In this document: positions 9,052 to 16,796 of the stretch, piece by piece
Numbering within the stretch: the stretch's first letter is position 1
Layout of the letters: each line of letters begins with the position of its first letter
Source of the DNA: Planctomycetales bacterium
Lineage (GTDB): Bacteria; 4484-113; JAFGCY01
Reading direction: 5' to 3'
NCBI GenBank assembly: GCA_022646745.1
Contig: CP060262.1
Location: 2,640,001 to 2,672,000 of the forward strand
DNA: 32,000 nt
The notes under the pieces: model-generated
The model's input: only the letters and a program-made list of their open reading frames with translations
What the model was told of the DNA's origin: nothing
Databases searched by the model: none
Translations under genes and position numbers: made by a program

Positions 9052-10143
9052 ATGGGAATCTGCTCCCGCATCCTCTTCGTGGCATTCACTGCCGCATTCC
9101 TCATGCTTCTTGGTGCCTGCTCCGGCCAGTCCGGCAGCACCAGTTCGGAGCTACAGCTAATTAATCTCCCGATACACGAGAGCGACCTGCCGACGCTTGA
9201 CAGTCTTGACTCCATGCGCCAGTCCAGCGTCGCAACCCAGGTTGCGATCGACCCCCAGCAGACAAGCACAACCGGTGGCCAGGTCAGCAACCAGGGCCAG
9301 GACCTGCTGCTTAACAGCGCACCCGGTACTGCCAGCTGGGCGATGTATGGCTACCAGGCCGGCACTGACCCGCTGATCTCGCTCAGGCTGACTTTTACCT
9401 ATCCCAACGGACCAGGAGCATGGGTGGCACTTGCCAACTACCAGACCGGACGCTGGGACTGGCAGCCCAAGGCCCAGCTGACCCAGGTCACATACCAGCT
9501 CAGCACGAATGCCAACCGAAACTATGTGTCACCGAAGGGCAATATGTTCTTCGTGGTGATGAGTGCGGATGACCGTGACGTGGTGATCACGGACCTGCTG
9601 ATGGTAGCTGACCTGCCGCAGCAGACCTTTGACATCAGCGGCAAGGTGACTGACCCGAACTTCGGTCCGCTCCAGGGCATCCTGATCGGCCTGACCCCTG
9701 GCACGGATCAGGCCACCACTGATGCCAGCGGCAACTACAGCTTCACTGGAGTGCTGCCCGGTGCATATACCCTCACCCCGCTGGTGAGCGAAATGAACTA
9801 CACGCCCCCGACGATCAATCTGAACGTGGTTGACAGCAACCTGGTCGGCCAGGATTTCATCGCGGAACCGATCCCGCAGGTGCCGACCTATGTTGCAGAC
9901 ATCGCCTCGCTGATTGATGGTGCCGGTGGTACTGAGAAGTCCTGCCTTGACTGCCACTCCGGTAAATTCCCTGATGGGGATTTGGACCTTTCCACCTATA
10001 CCGCCGTCAAGGACAACGCCAGCAAGATCAATGACGCAGTGAATGCCTCGTCGGATTGGATGCCAAAGGACAATGACAAGTGGAGCCAGGAGCATCTGGA
10101 CCTGTTCCAGCTCTGGATTGACACCGGCAAGACTGAGCAGTAG
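9052..10143 (+). CDS. lipoprotein paralog 2: unknown domain + 1 CarboxypepD_reg-like Ig repeat + C-terminal CxxCH module
   Basis: GAGG lies 7 nt before the ATG. Lipobox MLLGAC. Shared domain blocks include SWAMYGY, ANYQTGRWDW and SPKGNMFFVV. There is one repeat, ISGKVTD...DASGNYSF...GAYTLTP (about 9628-9870). The C-terminus reads SCLDCHSG...DWMPK...FQLWIDTGK. Confidence 0.8.
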   Translation: MGICSRILFVAFTAAFLMLLGACSGQSGSTSSELQLINLPIHESDLPTLDSLDSMRQSSVATQVAIDPQQTSTTGGQVSNQGQDLLLNSAPGTASWAMYGYQAGTDPLISLRLTFTYPNGPGAWVALANYQTGRWDWQPKAQLTQVTYQLSTNANRNYVSPKGNMFFVVMSADDRDVVITDLLMVADLPQQTFDISGKVTDPNFGPLQGILIGLTPGTDQATTDASGNYSFTGVLPGAYTLTPLVSEMNYTPPTINLNVVDSNLVGQDFIAEPIPQVPTYVADIASLIDGAGGTEKSCLDCHSGKFPDGDLDLSTYTAVKDNASKINDAVNASSDWMPKDNDKWSQEHLDLFQLWIDTGKTEQ

Positions 10144-10161
10144 CGAAGCGAGGAACTAAGC

Positions 10162-10211
10162 CAGGTGGACCAGCAGGCCCAGAACTTGCCGGTCCACCTG
10201 TTTCAATATTT
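10162..10211 (+). terminator. probable intrinsic terminator after lipoprotein 2
   Basis: 10-bp stem caggtggacc / ggtccacctg (10162-10171 / 10191-10200) with a 19-nt loop, followed by tttcaatattt. Confidence 0.5.
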
Positions 10212-10232
10212 GGATTGTACAGGATCGGGAAG

Positions 10233-11831
10233 ATGACTAACAGGATTGTATTGATGGCGATGCTTGCCCTGATTGTGCTTGCGTCCACTGCTTGCGGTGG
10301 CAGCCGGCAGGGGATAGGGAACGAAGCCGCTGTGGGCTCTGGTAAGCAGCCTGGGTTGCCGCCAATTGCCTCGCTTGATTCAATGCGAGGCGCAGCGGAG
10401 ATCCAGCAGGTGGAACTAGGCACCCAGTTCTACATCGCCACAAGTGGCAATGTCGCCAACCAGAATGAGAGCGTGCTGTTCACCAGCACACAGGCTGAAG
10501 CGGCCTGGGCGCTCTATTCGATTGACAAGGCAGACATGGAATTCCTCAACCTGTTTGTCGACTTCGGCACGGCGGCGGGACAGAAGCTGGTGGTTGGGAT
10601 TGCCAACTACAGCAGCGGTCGCTGGGAATTCATGGGACCCTACACATCATCGCCCGCAAATGTTTCAATCAATACGCTGAGCGAGACGGGCTGGATCTCC
10701 CCCAAAGGCAAGCTGTACTTCCTGCTGCTTGGACAGGGCAACCAGACGATGATCGTCAACAACATCAGGCTGCTGGCGGACGTTCCCCCGGTGCCGACAT
10801 TCCCGGTGTCCGGTACGGTGCTCGATGAGAATGAGCTGCCGCTGGATGGCGTGACCATCACCCTAAGCCCCGGTGGCGGCAGCCTGCAGACTGACACCAA
10901 TGGCAACTACAGCTTCCTGGCGGTGCCGGCGGGCAACTGGACAATCACACCGACCCTCAACGGCTGGGAATTCGATCCGGTCAGCTCGACGTTCGATGTT
11001 GTTGATGCTGCGGTCAGTGGCATTGACTTCACGGGAACGGAGATCCCGATCATCACACATGCAGTCAGTGGCACGGTGCAGGATGCGGGCATGGCCCCCA
11101 TCTCCGGTGTGCTGATGACGCTCAATCCCGGCGGGATGACGACATCCACTGATGCCCAGGGAGAGTACATCTTCCCCGCAGTGGAAGTCGGCGGCTATAC
11201 GCTTACTCCATCAAAGACGAGTTTCAGCTTCAACCCGACAAACCGCAATGTCAATGTGTCGACAGCGGATGTGACCGGCCAGGACTTCACGGGTACTGAG
11301 ATAACCAGCTTCAGCATCAGCGGGACAGTCCTTGATGAACTCGCGGCCCCGCTCAGTGGAGTTACCCTGACCCTGATACCGGGTGGCAAGCAGGCCATCA
11401 CCAACGGTTCAGGTTTCTTCCAGATCAATGATGTCAGTCCCGGCCCGTATGACCTTTCCCCGGAGCTCAACGGCTGGAGCTTTGACCCGACTAGCCGGAC
11501 CGTGATCGTTGTCAGCAGTAATGTGACCGACCAGGACTTCACTGGCACTGAGGATGCAGTTGTCATCAGCTTTTCCGAAGACCTGTTGCCGATTATCCAG
11601 GGCGACTTTGGATCTGAGTATGCCTGCATCGAATGCCATTCCGGCAGTGAGCCGGAAGAAGGACTCAATATGACCGTCTATGCGGATGTCGTGGACCGCT
11701 CTGACAAGGTCGTGGACAGGATTAACCGCATGGAAGGTTCCTTTGGATTCATGCCTAAGAATGGAACGAAGTGGCTTCCGGCATGGAGGCAAATGTTCCA
11801 GGACTGGATCGACGGTGGATTCGCCCCCTGA
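10233..11831 (+). CDS. lipoprotein paralog 3: unknown domain + 3 CarboxypepD_reg-like Ig repeats + C-terminal CxxCH module
   Basis: ATG 10233 gives MTNRIVLMAMLALIVLASTAC (lipobox). The track start TTG 10215 is 6 codons upstream. Shared blocks include AWALYSI, ANYSSGRWEF and SPKGKLYFLL. The C-terminus reads ACIECHSG...GFMPK...FQDWIDGG. Confidence 0.8.
   Translation: MTNRIVLMAMLALIVLASTACGGSRQGIGNEAAVGSGKQPGLPPIASLDSMRGAAEIQQVELGTQFYIATSGNVANQNESVLFTSTQAEAAWALYSIDKADMEFLNLFVDFGTAAGQKLVVGIANYSSGRWEFMGPYTSSPANVSINTLSETGWISPKGKLYFLLLGQGNQTMIVNNIRLLADVPPVPTFPVSGTVLDENELPLDGVTITLSPGGGSLQTDTNGNYSFLAVPAGNWTITPTLNGWEFDPVSSTFDVVDAAVSGIDFTGTEIPIITHAVSGTVQDAGMAPISGVLMTLNPGGMTTSTDAQGEYIFPAVEVGGYTLTPSKTSFSFNPTNRNVNVSTADVTGQDFTGTEITSFSISGTVLDELAAPLSGVTLTLIPGGKQAITNGSGFFQINDVSPGPYDLSPELNGWSFDPTSRTVIVVSSNVTDQDFTGTEDAVVISFSEDLLPIIQGDFGSEYACIECHSGSEPEEGLNMTVYADVVDRSDKVVDRINRMEGSFGFMPKNGTKWLPAWRQMFQDWIDGGFAP
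10800..11552 (+). repeat. three tandem protein-level repeats of about 250 bp (Ig-like, CarboxypepD_reg-type) inside paralog 3
   Basis: Units start at 10800, 11058 and 11310. Each reads (V/I)SGTV(L/Q)D...PL/I(D/S)GV...L.PGG...(T/N)(D/N).(N/Q/S)G.(Y/F).F...V..G.(W/Y).(I/L).P......F.P....(F/V).V......(G/Q)(I/Q)DFTGTE. The units are diverged at the DNA level. Confidence 0.65.
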
Positions 11832-11886
11832 TGCCGGCAGCTCAACTGACTTCATGAACCTCGTCCACGTTGACTGTGGCACTCGC

Positions 11887-11892
11887 TAGAAT
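11887..11892 (+). promoter_or_regulatory. candidate -10 box TAGAAT, 11 nt upstream of ATG 11904
   Basis: Intergenic TAGAAT. There is no SD between it and the start codon. No convincing -35 at 16-18 nt spacing. Confidence 0.3.
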
Positions 11893-11903
11893 ATGAGCGC
11901 CGC

Positions 11904-12617
11904 ATGACGGAACCCGCGAAGACATTCACTGCAGAAGAGCTCAGTGCCTTTGATGGCAAGGAGGGCCGGCGTTCATACGTCGCCTACAAAGGGCTCGTTT
12001 ACGATGTGACCGACAGCAAGCTGTGGCGCAACGGCGTGCATGTCCGCAAGCACCACGCTGGGAATGACCTGACCACCGAAATGGGGCCGGCGCCCCATGA
12101 GGATGACGTGATGGACAGCTTCGAGGTGGTCGGGAGGCTGGTTGAAGAACAGGCACAGGATGAGCAGCGTGTTCCCTGGTTGTGGGACTACAGCAATCGC
12201 CGGCACCTGCATCCGGTGACGGTGCATTACCCGATCGCACTGGGAATGGTTGCCAGCCTGCTGCAGGCTGCATCAATGTTCACTGACCCGTCCACCGGTG
12301 AGCAGTTGCGCTTCGCTGCATTCATCAACATGGCGATCGCGACCATCTTCACCATTCCGGCCGTGGTGACCGGCCTGTGCGCATGGTGGTACGACTACAA
12401 CAAGAGCTGGGCGCAACCCTACCTGCAGAAGAACGTGCTTTCCGCGGTCCTTGTCGTGATATCCATCGGGGCCATGGCAATATGGTTCATGGCTCCGCTG
12501 CGTGCATCAACCACCGGAGGACAGGCCTTCTGGTGGTACTCCGCCTGCGTGTACCTGATGACCCCCGTCGTGCTCGTCCTGGGCTATTACGGCGGCAAGA
12601 TCTCCTTCCCTGACTAG
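11904..12617 (+). CDS. cytochrome b5-like haem/steroid-binding domain fused to a DUF2231-like multi-pass membrane domain
   Basis: The N-terminus FTAEELSAFDGKEGRRSYVAYKGLVYDVTDSKLWRNGVH..HHAGNDLT matches the COG4892 / cyt-b5-like pattern. The C-terminal half has HLHPVTVHYPIAL followed by several hydrophobic helices. Confidence 0.75.
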   Translation: MTEPAKTFTAEELSAFDGKEGRRSYVAYKGLVYDVTDSKLWRNGVHVRKHHAGNDLTTEMGPAPHEDDVMDSFEVVGRLVEEQAQDEQRVPWLWDYSNRRHLHPVTVHYPIALGMVASLLQAASMFTDPSTGEQLRFAAFINMAIATIFTIPAVVTGLCAWWYDYNKSWAQPYLQKNVLSAVLVVISIGAMAIWFMAPLRASTTGGQAFWWYSACVYLMTPVVLVLGYYGGKISFPD

Positions 12618-12665
12618 GCTCAGATAGAACTGAAACGAGCCGGGTATACAGGCTGCGCCCTTCGC

Positions 12666-12671
12666 TAAAAT
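12666..12671 (+). promoter_or_regulatory. candidate -10 box TAAAAT upstream of rubredoxin
   Basis: Intergenic TAAAAT, 43 nt before ATG 12715. The predicted leader contains the hairpin ccggat-tgtgc-atccgg (12681-12697) and the SD AAGGAGA (12702-12708). Confidence 0.3.
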
Positions 12672-12714
12672 ATGCGCAACCGGATTGTGCATCCGGGCAG
12701 CAAGGAGAGAATGA

Positions 12715-12882
12715 ATGCAGAAGTACATATGCGAGCCGTGTGGTTACGTCTACGATCCGGAGGAGGGAGATCCGGATGGTGGCATCCCGCCGGGAACTGC
12801 ATTTGAGGACATCCCCGATGACTGGTACTGCCCGGTCTGTGGCGTCACCAAGGACGACTTCACACCTTACGACGGGGACTGA
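12715..12882 (+). CDS. rubredoxin (55 aa; below the ORF-track length cut-off)
   Basis: My translation is [55 protein letters not shown]. It has the two classic CxxCG / CPxCG knuckles and the conserved YxYDP and DxPDDWxCP blocks. AAGGAGA lies 6 nt upstream of the ATG. Confidence 0.9.
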   Translation: MQKYICEPCGYVYDPEEGDPDGGIPPGTAFEDIPDDWYCPVCGVTKDDFTPYDGD

Positions 12883-12889
12883 TTGAGAA

Positions 12890-13708
12890 TTGCCTGAGCT
12901 GCCTGAAGTAGAAACCGTTGCGCGCCAGCTGGATCCACTGGCGGGCAGGCAGCTCATCCGGGGAGTAGAGATACTGGATCCCCTGCTGGGTTTCAGTGAG
13001 GAAGAGAGGCTCCGCGGACGCCGGATCAGCAGGGTCAGGCGTATCGGCAAGGAAGTGGTGTTCCAGCTAGAAGATCCCAAAGGAAAGGCAGCTGAGCTGC
13101 TGCTGGCCGTCCACCTGAGGATGACCGGACGTCTGATCTACCAGGGAGAAACCGATGGCAGTGACCGGGGCGACAAATATCTCCGTGCAGTGCTGGAGCT
13201 TGAGCAGGGGAAAGTCAGATTCCACGACATGCGCCGCTTCGGCACGATGAAGCTGTATGAGTCGGAGGCGGAAGCACAACCGGCCGGTGCTGAACCGCTG
13301 GACCGAGGATTCAATGCCGCAAGCATCGGCGAACTGATCAGGGGAAGCTCAATGGAGATCAAGGTCTGGCTGCTGCGCCAGGACCGGATCTGTGGAATCG
13401 GGAACATCTACGCCAGTGAGATCCTGCACGACTGTGGGATTGACCCCTTCCGGCCGGCTTCATCCCTTAATGATGCTGAGCTGGGACTGCTGGCCGCATC
13501 CACGAAGAAGATCCTGCGCAAGGCGATCAAGCACTGCGGCACCACGTTCAGTGACTTCCAGAACGCAAATGGCGAAGTAGGCGGCTACCAGAAGTACCTG
13601 CGTGTGTACCAGCATTCAGGTGAAGGCTGCCGCCACTGTGGTACTGAGATACTGCGGGCGGTGCAGGCACAGCGATCAACCTTCTGGTGTCCGGCATGCC
13701 AGCGATGA
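12890..13708 (+). CDS. mutM: formamidopyrimidine-DNA glycosylase
   Basis: Begins (TTG)-PELPEVETV, the invariant Fpg N-terminus whose Pro2 is the catalytic nucleophile, so TTG 12890 must be the start. It has an H2TH region and a C-terminal zinc finger CRHCG...CPACQ. It starts 7 nt after the rubredoxin stop. Confidence 0.9.
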   Translation: MPELPEVETVARQLDPLAGRQLIRGVEILDPLLGFSEEERLRGRRISRVRRIGKEVVFQLEDPKGKAAELLLAVHLRMTGRLIYQGETDGSDRGDKYLRAVLELEQGKVRFHDMRRFGTMKLYESEAEAQPAGAEPLDRGFNAASIGELIRGSSMEIKVWLLRQDRICGIGNIYASEILHDCGIDPFRPASSLNDAELGLLAASTKKILRKAIKHCGTTFSDFQNANGEVGGYQKYLRVYQHSGEGCRHCGTEILRAVQAQRSTFWCPACQR

Positions 13709-13730
13709 CGTTTCGGGATGGATGATGCCC

Positions 13731-13736
13731 TATAAT
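13731..13736 (+). promoter_or_regulatory. candidate -10 box TATAAT upstream of iorA
   Basis: Perfect TATAAT in the mutM-iorA spacer, about 83 nt before ATG 13819. No good -35. Confidence 0.35.
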
Positions 13737-13818
13737 GTAGCCGCGCCAACCCTGCTTGGCGGCTGGCGGGCCTGCTCCCGCTGATCAAAGCCAGCATCGA
13801 ACGAGGAAAGGAGACTTC

Positions 13819-15549
13819 ATGAGCAAATTTGCCGACAACATGATCCGCAAAGATGCCTGGACCGGCCTGATGATGGGAAACCATGCCCTTGTTAGGGCCA
13901 TGCTTGAGTCCGGCGTGATGGTCTGTTCCGCATATCCCGGCTCCCCGACCCCGGAGATCGCGGCTGCCATCGAGATCATTCCCGAGGAACAGCGCCCGAT
14001 CCACTTCGAATGGGCCACGAATGAGAAGGTCGCCACGGAGACCGCCTTCGGCGCGTCCATCAATGGCCACCTGAGCGTCGTGTTCTTCAAGTCCGTCGGC
14101 CTCAATGTCGCCCTCGACACAGCGGTGCAGCTCAGCATGCTGGACTGCATCGGTGGCATGGTGGTGGTGATCGGGGATGACCCCGGTGCCAACTCCAGCC
14201 AGAATGAGCAGGACAACCGCCATGTCGGCCGCCTGATGATGATGCCGATCTTCGAGCCAGGCAGCCCCTCCGAGACCTACAGCATGTTCCTCGAGGCCGC
14301 GGAGCTGTCAAAGAAGCTCAAGATGCCCGTGCTGTTCCGCATGACCACCCATGTCTGCCACGCACGCGAGCTGATCGAGTTCGGCGCGATCCCTGATTTT
14401 GATTACGACTGGACCCCGCGCTTCCACGCAGAGGGCCTGGAATACTGGCCGATCACTACCGCCGTGTTCCCGCTAAAGCGCAAGGCATTCGCCAAGCTTT
14501 CAGCGGTGGAGAAGCATGCGCTCAGTTCGCCCTCCAACAAGGTGCTCTCGCCCAATGGCAGTGAGCCGGAGAACGGGAAGCGGCTCGGTGTGATCACGCA
14601 TTCAATTCCGGCATATAGCGTGCTCGAATGCATGGACGAGTCGGGTTCTTCGATTGACGTTCTGAAGCTTGGCATAACCTTCCCGCTCAACCCGGAGCAG
14701 ATTGTCAGTTTCCTCAACGAGCATGATGAGGTGTTCATCCTGGAGGAGCTTGACCGGATCCTGGAACATGAGATCAAGGCAATCGCATTTGACAACCATG
14801 TGAAGACGAAGATCCTCGTCCGTCCAGACATCGAGCACCTGATGCATGAGTTCGTCCCGGCCCGCGTCTGGGACCTGCTGAGCGGGTTCTGGCCGGACTG
14901 CTTCGCACCGAAGCCGCAGCGCGCCGAAGCCGCTGAGGAAGTCAGCCCGCGCCTGGCCCAGATGTGCCCCGGCTGCGGACACCGCAGTGCATTCTTCGCC
15001 ATCCGCGAGCTGATCGACGAGGAGTTCCCAGATGCGATCACCGTGGCGGACATCGGTTGCCACTCGCTTGGCAGCATGAAGCCCTACGAAATGGGTACAG
15101 TGCTGCTGTGCATGGGCCACAGCAACGGCACCGCGGGCGGACTGGCGATCGGCAATGACAAGCGCAAGGTGGTCTGCTTCATCGGCGACTCCACCTTCTT
15201 CCACGCCGGCCTGCCTGGGATCATCAACAACGTGCTGTATGACCGCAACGTGACGCTCGTCGTGCTGGAGAACTACACCACGGCAATGACCGGGCACCAG
15301 CCGCATGCCGCCTCGGGTGAAATCGGTGACAAGATCAAGATCCCCGAGGTGCTCGAAGCGCTCGGTGTGAAGTTCCTGCGCAGTGTTGATGCATACATGC
15401 AGGACAAGCTCAAGGACCACATCCGCGATTCAATGAACCATAAAGGCTTTGGCGTCGTGATTGCCAAGCACCCCTGCATGCTGAAGTTCATCAGGGACAA
15501 GCGCAAGCGCGCCGAGGCCACCAAGCGGGCCGAAAGCGTGAACCGCTAG
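13819..15549 (+). CDS. iorA: indolepyruvate:ferredoxin oxidoreductase alpha subunit, lacking the usual C-terminal ferredoxin domain
   Basis: AAGGAG lies 5 nt before ATG 13819 (MSKFADNM...). CSAYPGSPTPEI and the TPP motif GDSTFFHAGLPGIINNVLYDRNVTLVVLENYTTAMTGHQPH are present. The ORF ends at TAG 15547-15549, before any Cys cluster. Confidence 0.85.
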   Translation: MSKFADNMIRKDAWTGLMMGNHALVRAMLESGVMVCSAYPGSPTPEIAAAIEIIPEEQRPIHFEWATNEKVATETAFGASINGHLSVVFFKSVGLNVALDTAVQLSMLDCIGGMVVVIGDDPGANSSQNEQDNRHVGRLMMMPIFEPGSPSETYSMFLEAAELSKKLKMPVLFRMTTHVCHARELIEFGAIPDFDYDWTPRFHAEGLEYWPITTAVFPLKRKAFAKLSAVEKHALSSPSNKVLSPNGSEPENGKRLGVITHSIPAYSVLECMDESGSSIDVLKLGITFPLNPEQIVSFLNEHDEVFILEELDRILEHEIKAIAFDNHVKTKILVRPDIEHLMHEFVPARVWDLLSGFWPDCFAPKPQRAEAAEEVSPRLAQMCPGCGHRSAFFAIRELIDEEFPDAITVADIGCHSLGSMKPYEMGTVLLCMGHSNGTAGGLAIGNDKRKVVCFIGDSTFFHAGLPGIINNVLYDRNVTLVVLENYTTAMTGHQPHAASGEIGDKIKIPEVLEALGVKFLRSVDAYMQDKLKDHIRDSMNHKGFGVVIAKHPCMLKFIRDKRKRAEATKRAESVNR

Positions 15550-15563
15550 GAGGAGATGCTCAT

Positions 15564-15773
15564 ATGGGACTGATGCCCCCTGTCTATGTCGATGAGAGTG
15601 CCTGTGAGAAATGCGGCACCTGCTATGAGAAATTTGCCTGCCCGGCAATCGGACGCAAGCCCGACGGCCTGGCGTACATCATCACTGATCTGTGCAATGG
15701 CAACGGATCCTGCATCCAGGTCTGCCCGAAGAACGCAATCAAGCGTCCTGCCCGGGAGGTGCCGAGCAAGTAA
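15564..15773 (+). CDS. stand-alone ferredoxin-like protein with two Cys-cluster motifs (the detached IorA C-terminal domain)
   Basis: GGAGG lies 10 nt upstream. The first motif is CEKCGTCYEKFACP. The second is CNGNGSCIQVCP, which has only three Cys. Its stop overlaps the iorB start (TAATG). Confidence 0.8.
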   Translation: MGLMPPVYVDESACEKCGTCYEKFACPAIGRKPDGLAYIITDLCNGNGSCIQVCPKNAIKRPAREVPSK

Positions 15774-16363
15774 TGAAGAGCTACAACATATTCATCAGCG
15801 GAGTAGGTGGACAGGGTATCGGCCTGCTGGCCGAGGTCCTGATCCAGTCCTGCCTGGCGGCCGGCTATGCCGTGCTGGGGGTTGACACCCATGGCCTGGC
15901 CCAGCGTGGCGGCATCGTGGTGTCGCACCTGCGCATCGGCAACAAGGACAAGCTGTTCACCCCGCGCATCACGCCGGGTGAAGCGGACCTGATCGTCGGC
16001 CTGGAGCGCCTTGAGGCCTACCGCGGGATCGTCAACTATATGCGGGATGGCGGCACCTGCATCTACTATGACGCAGAACAGCAGCCGATCCATGTGCGCA
16101 TGGGCCTGAGCCAGTATCCCAGCCATGAGGAACTTGAGAAAGCGGTAGCCGAAAGGCATGGCAAGGTGGAGCGGGTGTTCATCGAGGACCTGCCGGACGT
16201 GCGCATGCAGAACACGGCGGTGCTCGGCCGGATTGCAAGTTTCGAGCTGGTGGAAGGCCTGACCGGAGACATCATCCGTGAGCAGCTGCTGGAGATCAGT
16301 CCATCCTCCGCCAAGGATGCCAACCTCAAGGTGTTTGAGCAGGCTTCGGCGGCCCGGGCCTGA
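15773..16363 (+). CDS. iorB: indolepyruvate:ferredoxin oxidoreductase beta subunit
   Basis: MKSYNIFISGVGGQGIGLLAEVL...THGLAQRGGIVVSHLRIG is the POR-gamma/IorB signature. ATG 15773 overlaps the upstream stop by 1 nt. Confidence 0.85.
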   Translation: MKSYNIFISGVGGQGIGLLAEVLIQSCLAAGYAVLGVDTHGLAQRGGIVVSHLRIGNKDKLFTPRITPGEADLIVGLERLEAYRGIVNYMRDGGTCIYYDAEQQPIHVRMGLSQYPSHEELEKAVAERHGKVERVFIEDLPDVRMQNTAVLGRIASFELVEGLTGDIIREQLLEISPSSAKDANLKVFEQASAARA

Positions 16364-16389
16364 GGGCAATTGACAACGAACTGAAACAA

Positions 16390-16416
16390 GGCGGATGGAT
16401 GTCCGCCATTTTTTTT
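16390..16416 (+). terminator. intrinsic terminator after iorB
   Basis: Stem ggcgga / tccgcc (16390-16395 / 16402-16407) with 6-nt loop, followed by a T8 run (16409-16416). Confidence 0.7.
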
Positions 16417-16430
16417 GCAAGGAGCTGGGA

Positions 16431-16796
16431 ATGTCTTACCGCGATATCCATGAGTACAACGAGAAGCGTGCCGAACTGAACGAGGTCGTGATGCGCCATG
16501 CCGGGCAGAGCATGAAGCGCTTCTGGAACCTTGACGGGGCGGTTTACCGTGAAGGCGCGCTGCCGGAGAAGACCAAGGAGCTGCTTGGACTGGTGGCTTC
16601 GCTCGTGCTCAGGTGTGACGACTGCATCTACTACCACATCAACGAGAGCTTCCAGAAGGGAGCGAGCATGGAGGAGATCGAGGAAACACTCAGCATCGGG
16701 CTGATCGTGGGAGGCTCGATCACCATCCCGCATATCCGTCGGGCTTTCAAGGCCTTTGAGGAACTGCAGGAAAGTGCTGGCAACAGCCAGGGATAA
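16431..16796 (+). CDS. carboxymuconolactone decarboxylase / AhpD-like family protein
   Basis: AAGGAG lies 6 nt before ATG 16431. The CMD-type core is ELLGLVASLVLRCDDCIYYHI, with a CxxC motif. The track start (ATG 16395) would place the terminator hairpin inside the CDS. Confidence 0.75.
   Translation: MSYRDIHEYNEKRAELNEVVMRHAGQSMKRFWNLDGAVYREGALPEKTKELLGLVASLVLRCDDCIYYHINESFQKGASMEEIEETLSIGLIVGGSITIPHIRRAFKAFEELQESAGNSQG

Noticed and set aside
12627-12636. 10-mer GAACTGAAAC present downstream of two stop codons (12627-12636 and 16378-16387)
   Set aside because: By rough expectation, a shared 10-mer somewhere within 32 kb occurs by chance many times. There is no extended similarity around either copy.
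14602-15420. 272-aa ORF antisense to iorA (also 15623-16420, antisense to iorB)
   Set aside because: Shadow ORFs. The sense frames carry the TPP-binding and IorB signatures.
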